DNA of 54,523 nucleotides, counting the filler, from Squatina squatina (lineage: Eukaryota), in the NCBI GenBank assembly GCA_031763465.1. It is 3 parts of 3 records of this genome, joined end to end, with 100 filler letters (N's around TTAATTAATTAA, not from the genome) between each part and the next. Parts side by side here need not be neighbours in the genome. Positions count along the whole stretch, not along the records: positions 39,443 to 54,523 come from JARFOE010000176.1; 2 more parts are not named here. One strand, given 5' to 3'. Below the pieces are notes generated by a model. The model made no database searches and had not been told where the DNA came from. It was given only the letters and a program-made list of their open reading frames with translations. The translations under genes and the position numbers were made by a program. Numbering within the stretch: position 1 is the first letter of the stretch; every line of letters begins with the position of its first letter. Positions 45,408 through 54,523 of the stretch are shown piece after piece.

Positions 45408-47899
45408 CCAGCAGGTAGCTGGTGTGTTTCAAATTGTACCTCAGCAAGAGTCAGCAGCTTCAGCGGAGGCAGGTGAGCAAAAAAAAAAGAAAAGAAACCA
45501 TTATGTGCAGCACAATATCTTGAAAAAACATGAATTTTGAAATTGCAAAAAAAATTATTTTACATATTTGTATGACAATGGCACATTTCTAGAAATACAG
45601 GAACCTGAGTAGGTGCCATTATCAATGTTTATATAGTAGCAACATGGCTTCTATAAAAACTGTCCTATAGAAATGATTGAGTGTAGTTTAAGAAAAATCA
45701 GTATTTTGAGGCGGTGGGCTGAGCTGAAATAAATAGTTTCATAATACTTCCCAGTAATACAAGATTGGCTACTGAAATGTGAGCTAAAGTAGAAAGCCAG
45801 AACAGTAGGGATTGTTAAATTCTCATATTCATAATATCTGATTGTCACTTGTTATTACTAAGCACGTCCCCATTATACGGATCTGAACTGAAAAACAAAG
45901 GAGGAAAATCTAAAGGATGATTTCTTATATTTTTAAATTCTCAGCATGCTTGAGAGGTCAATGATGTGAATGGGGTGGGCTGCTATTCTGATTGTGTGTC
46001 TGGGGGAGAAAGAGACATTCTTATCTTAGCTCAACGATGTCGCTGTGTATTCACAGGCTAATTACCAGAGTTAGTGGAAACCAGTGGCCGTGCAATTTCT
46101 GTGGTATATATTTTTGAGTTTTCCATATAATTTCTTGAAATCTATAAGCCATAAGCTTTCAAATAATTTTTTAAAAACTGGATGAAGATTGGGCTCACCA
46201 TTGATTTGTTTTTGATTCCACCTCTGCTCATTTTCACATTGTGCTGCCAAAGTTAATTATCAACTGATAGCATAATCGGATGTCATATTCTGACATGAAC
46301 AAAATGATCTTTTCTAGTGTGCAGTTACCGACCATTACACAGTTGAAACAGCTATTATTATGGTTATGAATAGTCAGTGATCGCTACATTAGCAAGATCC
46401 ACAAAATGTCCACCGTGCACAAAATGGCAGTGCAAAGCATCTGGAGTGAAACAGTGCACATAATAGAGCTGTGTTGCAGTCATTCAACTGGGTGAATAAA
46501 ATGCCAGCTTTCAAGACATCTAATTACAGCACTGAATGAATGAATCTGTGTAAATGTAACGGTTCATGAATCTACCTGTTTAGTAGTGTTTATTTCAATG
46601 TTTTTAATTTAAAGCTTCAAGTTATTTTCTATTATTGATGCAGTGAGGTATAAAAATGTTACTGATGAGAAAAAACCCTTTTTTAACAAAAGGAATATTG
46701 TGCTGCAGATTTCACTCAATAAAAAGCATGCAGAATTTGCCTGAACTCTCAGCAGATTCCACTGATCCTAATTGCTTGCAATATAGCAACTTTCAGCATC
46801 AAGCAGGGATTGTTTTTCTTAATTGTAATTTTTCTTTGGTTATAACACACAAACATGCATTATAGTCATAATATACAGTGTACATGGTATAGTAGAAAAG
46901 GTAGGTTGTGGTAGTGAGTAAACTTTACTGAGTGGTTTGCGTTGTGCACAGTCCTGGATGCTCATTCCAGGTAGCGATGGCGGTACTAGTGTGACTATAA
47001 AATCTTTTGAATTGAGTTTCTGCTTCTCCTTTGCTTTACAATATTCACCTATTATTCTTATGCGCTCAATTGTTAGTCTTCCTTTTCTCTGTGTAAATGT
47101 ACTTCCATGAACGTCTATGTATTATATAATAAATTAGAGCTTTACTGATGTTTGCTGTTCACTGTGTTTTGGGTTCAGTGGTACCCTCTCAACAGCTAAC
47201 CCTTTTCAATAAATTATAACTTAAGGTACCATCTCTTTGCTCCTTAGCTCTGTTGTGTGCACAATTGTTTCTTAATGTTAGTTACAACTCCTCATACAAG
47301 CACACATGTGTACCTCTGATTGTTTACTTTCCTCCTGGTATATTACACAGGGACATCTTATGCTACAGCTATGTTACTTTTCAGGCCATCTTGCAATGTT
47401 TATGTGGCTCTTAACAGAAACCATTTTCCAGTCAGAAAGGTCACATTTCCTTAAAGTTCTATAGGCTTGAATTTACATGCCAATAACAGTGCTGAGCTAC
47501 TGCTATCTAAATAGTCTTGTAATTCCCTGCTAAGCTAGTACAAATGAGCCCTGTGGCTACTGTAAAAGATGATAGTAGCACCTGTCAGGTATCTGGGCAC
47601 AGCAATATTTGGGGTATGACTCAGTGAATGTAACTCCAAAGAAATGTCAAATTATGATTAATATAATTCTTCTTCCTACTGGTGTCGACTACACTTTGTA
47701 AGTGTATGGTTTCTTCCTGTTTGTAGTTAATGCTGGATACTTCAGAACTGTCTGAGCTGCCCACACTAAGCATGTGTGGCAAGTCTTTTAGCCTCCTGTC
47801 TCCATCAGGACTAGCATGAAACATGAATGGAGACATAAAAGAGGTAAATAAATATAGAATAATGCATACGTGGGAGTGATTACAAGGCTGAAAGCTTAA

Positions 47900-48257
47900 G
47901 GAAACAGAATCACCAAATGCTTGTGCTCATCAAGATGAAGGAGGTTAGTGCTGGGAGGTCAATTCCCTCAATAATGTACAACCAAAGCCTCAAAGAAGAA
48001 TCTCCTACTGTGCCAGTGTGACAGTTCCATTTCCCACATCAGTCATTCTTGTGGCTTCTCTGAGTAACACTGGCAATTAATGCCAAATAGAGCTGAATTA
48101 TGGGCAGTTAGTGCTATGGACCTGTGCCCACTAGGATTGAGGCTGCCACAGACTCATTTAGCTAAGAATCACTTACAGGCTGGAAAGAGAGGAGATTATC
48201 ATCCAATCAGTCTGAGGTAGATTAAAATACAACCCAAACCTTAGAGGTGAAAGGACA
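47900..48257 (-). mobile_element. LF-SINE-like ancient SINE remnant
   Basis: On the - strand, cctttcacctcta, aaatgagt and tcctagtgggcacaggtcc occur in the recalled LF-SINE order. Confidence 0.45.
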
Positions 48258-48423
48258 ATTTAAAAAGTACATTTTAAAAAACCAAGAAGAAAATTAATAG
48301 CAACCCCTGCAAAGTGAAACATGACTTTTGATAGGTAAAAGCACCAAAACCTTATGGTAAACTAAGCTTTAAACAAACCATTAAATTAAGAAATAACAAT
48401 GACAAATAAAAAACTTTGTTCAC

Positions 48424-48591
48424 CAAGATATTTTGAGCTACATCATTCTCGATAGACAGGATGGCCAGCGAAGGTAGCCTGTTGTCTTCAATGGTCGATT
48501 GTAAAAATGATTTTATGAACTTCAACTTCAAAAAGCTCCATTTTCTGTTTGCCACTGACATGGGTATGACTAACAGGATCTTGAGTGTTAT
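48424..48591 (-). mobile_element. hAT transposase fossil, C-terminal dimerization domain
   Basis: ITLKILLVIPMSVANRKWSFLKLKFIKSFLQSTIEDNRLPSLAILSIENDVAQNIL against the hAT pattern ALRILLT.PVTVAS.ERSFSKLK.IK..LRST....RL..LAILSIE. Confidence 0.85.
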
Positions 48592-49909
48592 CCCTCACCA
48601 CCAACAAGGGCATGATTAACAGGATCCTGAGTGCTATCCCTCACCACCGATACGGGCATGATTAACAGGATCCTGAGTGCTATCCATCACCACCGATACG
48701 GGCCTGATTAACAGGATCGTGAGTGTTATCCATCACCACCAACACGGGCATGATTAACAGGATCGGGAATGCTGTCCATCATCACCAACACGGGCATGAT
48801 CAACAGGATTCTGAGTGCTATCCATCGTCATCGAAATGGGCATGGTTAACAGGATCGTGAGTGCTATCCATCACCACCGACACAGGCATGATTAACAGGA
48901 TCCTGAGGGCTATCCATCATCACCGACTCGGGCATGATTAACATGGTCATGAGTGCTTTCCATCACCACTGACACAGCCAGGATTAACAGGGTCCTGAGT
49001 GCTATCCATCACCACCAACACGGGCATGATTAACAGGATCCTGAGTGCTATCCATAATCACCCACACGGGCATGATTAACAGGATCCTGTGTGCTATCCC
49101 TCACCACCGATACGGGCATGATTAACAGGATCCTGAGTGCTATCCATCACCACCGACACGGGCATGATTAATAGGATCCTGAGTGCCATCCAACGTCACC
49201 GAAACGGCCATGGTTAATGGGATCGTGAGTGCCATCCATCGCCACCGATATGGGCATGATTAACACGATCGTGAGCGCTATCCATCACCACTGACATGGG
49301 CATGATTAACACGATTGTGAGTGCTATCCATCACCAAAAACAGAGGTATGATTAACAGGGACCTGAGCACTATCCATCACCACTGACACGAGCAGGATTA
49401 CCAGGATCATGAGTGCTATCCATCACCACTGACAAGAGAATGATTAACATGATCCTGAGTGCTACCCATCGTCACCAACATGGGCATGATTAACAGGGTC
49501 CTGAGTGCTATCTATCGCCACCGACACGGGTATGATTAACAGGATCCTGAGTGCCATCCATCACCACCGATACGGACATAATTAACAGGATCCTGAGTGC
49601 TACCCATCGCCACCAACATGGGCATGATTAACAGGATCCTGAGTGCTATCCATTGCCACAAATATGGGTATGATTAACAGGATCATGAGTGCTTCCCATC
49701 GCCACCAACTCAGGCATGATTAAAAGGATCGTGAGCGGTAACCATCACCACTGACACGGGCATGATTAACACGATCGTGAGTATTGTCCATCACCACTGA
49801 CATGGGTATGATTAACAGGATCCTGAGTGCTTCCCATCGCCACTAACTCAGGCATGATTAACACGGTCGTGACTGCTATCCATCACCACTGACACGGCCA
49901 GGATTAGCA
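48551..49909. repeat. 46-bp tandem array, about 29.5 copies, truncated by gap
   Basis: Consensus gggcatgattaacaggatcctgagtgctatccatcaccaccgacac; catgattaac recurs at 48611 and 48657 (period 46). Confidence 0.97.
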
Positions 49910-52900
49910 NNNNNNNNNNNNNNNNNNNNNNNNNNNNNNNNNNNNNNNNNNNNNNNNNNNNNNNNNNNNNNNNNNNNNNNNNNNNNNNNNNNNNNNNNNN
50001 NNNNNNNNNCTCCACTTCCTTTCGGTGTTGGTAATCTGAATTTAGCGAGCGGGGCGGGACTTCTGCGCCTGGTGAAGAATATCCCGCTTCCCGGATGTTA
50101 CTGCCGTACTAAATGGGGTGCAATGGAATTTTTCCCCCATAATGTCAAAACACATTACAATGGTCATGCAGAATTAAACTTCAGCATCAACTATTTAATA
50201 TTTCAGTCAGACTATAATATTATTTCTGGTTCATGATACTATGGTGGTGATATGCTACTTTAAACATTAACTTTAGCATTCAATCTTTTGCACTGCACTG
50301 TCTATTCACAAATAGTATAAATTGGCCAATCCGATACCACCTGTTTTCCCCCTCTGCCCAAGACGAATTTCTAGCTCTGTATGTTCTTTGATGAGATCAT
50401 CATACAGTTGCATGTAATATATTCCAGTAAGCCAGGCACCGACAGCACACACATAGAAGGTTAATAAGGGCAGAGGGCCAATTTCAGGCCAGCCTCAGCC
50501 TCTTTGCTCGGGCACGCACTGCCTGTGCAGCACCGAGTCTGGGCCCAAATAAAAATCTACCCCACGCTCTGGCTCATAGGGGACATGAGGTCCACTTATG
50601 GGTATAGCTCTTGATGCTGAATCTAAGGAAAATACCTACTGTAAAAACCCAATAATGTAAACTTAACACATTCATACAGTAGTTTCAGTGCAAAATATGC
50701 ATAGGTAAAAATTAATCATTAACACCACTATATTCCAAATTGTCCTTATTCCAGTGCTTGCATCAAAAGGTAATTATGAAATAAGATGTTATTCTTGTTG
50801 CAAGTTATAATCTTATTTTCTTCCTCTAAACATTCCCAAACCAGTTAAGAGAATGGCTGGAAATCTGATCCCAGCTCTCCGCCAGTGTTTTATAATGAGC
50901 CACTGGAAGGTAGGACAGAATGGCCTAGGCAAGTGGGGTTTACTTTTTTCCTACAATTTTTCCTCCCTTCTTTGAAAGAAGTAGCTAGCTTCCCATGATA
51001 GCATAGTTCTGTAAAGCTCACAGGCATGGAGGATATTAGATGCAAACCTGGGACCTGTGACTCTAAGATGCAGCACACTTCTTCAGTCATTATGATTTTT
51101 GTCCAATGTTCTGTTTTTAGTCTGATGTTGTACTTTAAATGACTTCAGCAGCAAAATGGTTAACAGGGTACATTTCTGGAATACCCATAATGTGTAAACT
51201 TTTTTTTTCTAACCTGACACATTCCAGTGAATCTAAACTGAGCGTTGCAGCACCAGATGGATTCTGGTATAAATAGATCGTTTCTTCCACTCCTTGTTGT
51301 TTAGGTTAGTTGCACTGAGTGCAGTCCCTGAAACATGCTTTATTTATACAGTAGATGTACCAGGAAAGCCCGTTATCCTGCAGTGCCCCTGATGCACAAA
51401 GTCTGCTCACTCTGGTACAGCCATAATAATCTCTTCTACTCTTGTTTACACTCAGTTGTAAAGCTGGATTCTTTCTCGTGTCCCAGTTATACTCTCACTT
51501 GAGAACTTGGGCATTTCCAATTTCCAGCACAATCTGATTTCTAACCAGCAGTAAAACTGTCACAGACTTCGTAAAACAGATTCTAGCAGACGTGTGATCA
51601 TTGGTGGTCTGCTGAATCTACTTTGGCTAGAACTGGAATGAAATCAGAATCATCCCAGGCTCATTCTGCATGAAGAAGTGCTGTGAGGTTATTCTGCATT
51701 AAAACACATGTAAAATAGTGTGAATGAAATAAGTTGGGATAAAAAAAAAATTCTCATATAAATAGTCTTGGATACAGGGCAGAATTGTTTTGTGTGCAGC
51801 TGTTAAGCCTATTTCAGTGATAAATGTGGCATAATTACCCACAATTACAGCAAAGCAGTAATATACAATTTAGCTCTTTCACATCTTAATTTGCCAAAGG
51901 TAGCCAGTTAAGGTATCCAATGGAATGCTAGGTGCAACTGTGCAAATTAAAAAGCTAACAGGAAATTAAATAATTGGTCTTTGTTAACAGCTTCTGCTGG
52001 CAGTAACTGAAGCAAAATGGTGNNNNNNNNNNNNNNNNNNNNNNNNNNNNNNNNNNNNNNNNNNNNNNNNNNNNNNNNNNNNNNNNNNNNNNNNNNNNNN
52101 NNNNNNNNNNNNNNNNNNNNNNTAGGCCTGCTCAGCTGCAGTACGGGGGTTGCAAAGGAGAGTCATGAGCCAAGTTAGCAAGGGGTACCCTTTGTCTCCC
52201 AGCAGCCATTCACGCAGGGGATTGAGACTCTCAAAGTTGTGGGATCTTGCTTTGACAAATTATGAATGCGTTCAAGCAGTAGTTTCCCACATTTCCTAAT
52301 CTGAATACAGTCACTATTGTACGACAACCACAGGACTCAAACTTCAGTGAAGTTGTACACGACTCGGTAGTGATCCTGCATTACGTTACAGAATGTTACA
52401 TCACTCAGTGACTACAATGATATATAAAATGGATACCATAATCGAAGTTGTTGAATGCAGTGTTTATTTTCATGAGTAATGAATGACAAGGTCATAACAT
52501 ACTTACGCAGGTCAGCTCCACTCATGGAATAAACATGGCATGCAATAAAGTCATCTGTACCGTTCTATTTATATACCTGTGTGGTATAGTTAAATATTTA
52601 AAAGAAACTGTTATGAATGGAGTTTGGTAGTGTGTACTTGTTGAACAGCGCACAACCCAGAATGCTCAGGGGCAGACATCGACTGCCATCGGCTACTCCC
52701 TGAAGATGTCGCAGTACGTGTTAGGGTTTCACTTTAATGGGGAAGTTTGCTTGCTTCTTTTAATTTCAGTAGTGTCTGTACAAGTTTCTTGCAGGTTGTA
52801 TGTGTTTTTGTGCATCAGCTGTACTCGTGCCAGCATCTTGTTTTTTTTCAGCTGTTGGTACTCTCGAATATTTAGGGGCAATCACAGTGAAGGAATTGTT

Positions 52901-53499
52901 ATGGTTACAGCTAGTTCGCGCTGATGATGAAAGCAAGCAGACTTGCAGAAAAGTAGTTTTGGTTAGTGTGTTCCTCACATATGTGGAACAAATTTCTTAT
53001 TCCATATGTGTGAGGTAACAAATATTTACTGCATGCTTTTCTGGGTTACAAACTAAGGCCTAGAAAATCGTCCGTGCAACATCCATTTTTCGGGCACTGG
53101 CTGGCCTACTGATCCCAATATGGTGGGCAGGAAACATGCGTTGGAAGTGCGCCACCCGCCAATCGGCAGTGGTAGCAAGAGTGCATGTCGGAAGCATTTA
53201 AAGTCCAGAATAATTTATTCAATTAGGGCCCTGTGCGAATGCAGGACCCACTGTTGATTTTCTAATGCCCCAGCATTTTATTTGCCAAGTGCTGAACTTG
53301 CACAACACAACGTGGCGATAACTGGAAGGAAGGCCCCCTCACCAGCAAAAGGGATCATGCAGTACTTACAGGTTGGTTGCTGTCTCCTTATTTCAGGATG
53401 CTGCTTGACTTCTGGTGTTCTGTCACTCTGGAAAGTTCACTTTGTCTGCACAGAGAAAGATTTTGCTGGTCTTGCACTGTTGTTGGGGAGATGGCTCAT

Positions 53500-53670
53500 C
53501 AGGGGAAGGTAGTAGCAGCCAGGTTCATGGCACCGTGGGTGGCTCTGTTGCACAGGAGGGGAGGAAAAAGAGTGGGAGAGCTATAGTGATAGAGGATTCG
53601 ATTGTAAGGGGAATAGATAGGCGTTTCTGCGGCCGCAAACGAGACTCCAGGATGGTATGTTGCCTCCCTG
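53500..53670 (+). mobile_element. CR1 ORF1 SGNH/GDSL esterase fragment
   Basis: RAIVIEDSIVRGIDRRFCGRKRDSRMVCCLP (canonical VIGDSIVRG...VCCLPGA). Confidence 0.85.
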
Positions 53671-54523
53671 NNNNNNNNNNNNNNNNNNNNNNNNNNNNNN
53701 NNNNNNNNNNNNNNNNNNNNNNNNNNNNNNNNNNNNNNNNNNNNNNNNNNNNNNNNNNNNNNNNNNNNNNAAAATGGTGCTACTGTGAATTAGTCATTAA
53801 GAGCGAGGAGGAAGGGAATTGTCAGAGAAATCTATGAATAATTCAAACCTAGTTGAGCTGGTGAATAACTTTAGATAAGACTGGTTATTGAGTTAAATAG
53901 TGGGGGAGGTGTTAGTGTTCTAATTGATTACAATGTGTGCTGGTTCAAGTCTTACCTTTAGAGGAATATATTTTTTCATGTAATTGCATATTGAATTCTT
54001 CAGTTATAAGTTAAGGTATTTTATAAAATTTATTTTATAGGACTGAAAATTTTTGTTGGCCTGCAGAGATATGTATTTCCTGAACATACGGACATTTGAA
54101 CAATAAACTTGGTCTTTGCAAGCCGAAGATAAACAGCACATGTATATTAAAAAAAAATCAATAAACCTACTACTTCCTTAAAGAAAATCTATTTATGGAG
54201 ACCAGCTTCTCCACTATCCTATCTATGATGTATTGTAATAATAAAAAATGCACTGTTTTACAAGAAAATCCCCTTGTAAAAGTCACTAAGTCAGCCTGAA
54301 ATCCTGTTGTATGAATCTGTGGAGCATAAAGGCCTTGCAGCTTTTGCCAGAGCGGACACTGTTCCTGACAGATGTTAAGCTCATCTCATGATGGATCGCG
54401 CTGGCTCAGGACAATGACCCTTTTGTGCGAGATTCAAATGTCAGGACAACAGAGAGCTTAGTGTAAAGCCAACTTCCCTTTACTTGGGGTGGGGAGGAAG
54501 AGAAATCTGCTTGTAAGCTCAAC

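Noticed and set aside
48551-49909. CRISPR-like regular array
   Set aside because: Units are contiguous with no unique spacers, there are no cas genes, and the context is vertebrate. It is a tandem satellite.
52800-53018. Possible exon after the tttttttcag acceptor (AVGTLEYLGAITV...)
   Set aside because: No recognisable homology and no other supporting exons.

Overview
Eukaryotic DNA, most likely a cartilaginous fish (shark-type DeuSINE, CR1 and L2 repeats), from a very fragmented assembly of short contigs joined by N gaps. Two artificial 100-bp spacers (44 N + TTAATTAATTAA + 44 N, at 23915-24014 and 39343-39442) split the window into three unrelated scaffolds. Scaffold 1 (1-23914) holds five CNOT4 exons (+), the last coding exon of TMEM178B (-) and one BRAF exon (+). 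Scaffold 2 (24015-39342) holds isolated exons of ZNF131, EGFLAM, GHR, PLCXD3, PTGER4 and DAB2, a block that spans megabases on human 5p13-p12 and is collapsed here into 15 kb. Scaffold 3 (39443-54523) holds the first coding exon of a Patched gene (PTCH2-type, - strand, absent from the ORF track). Upstream of it are a perfect GLI site, CCAAT and GC boxes and two upstream ATGs, then repeat-rich DNA. The most unusual observation is a 46-bp tandem array (about 29.5 copies, truncated by a gap) whose unit comes from the coding sequence of an adjacent hAT transposase dimerization-domain fossil. Gene and repeat-family names come from my recall of vertebrate sequences, not from database searches, and repeat boundaries are approximate. 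I see no prokaryotic-type system or CRISPR array, and no convincing new multi-gene system.
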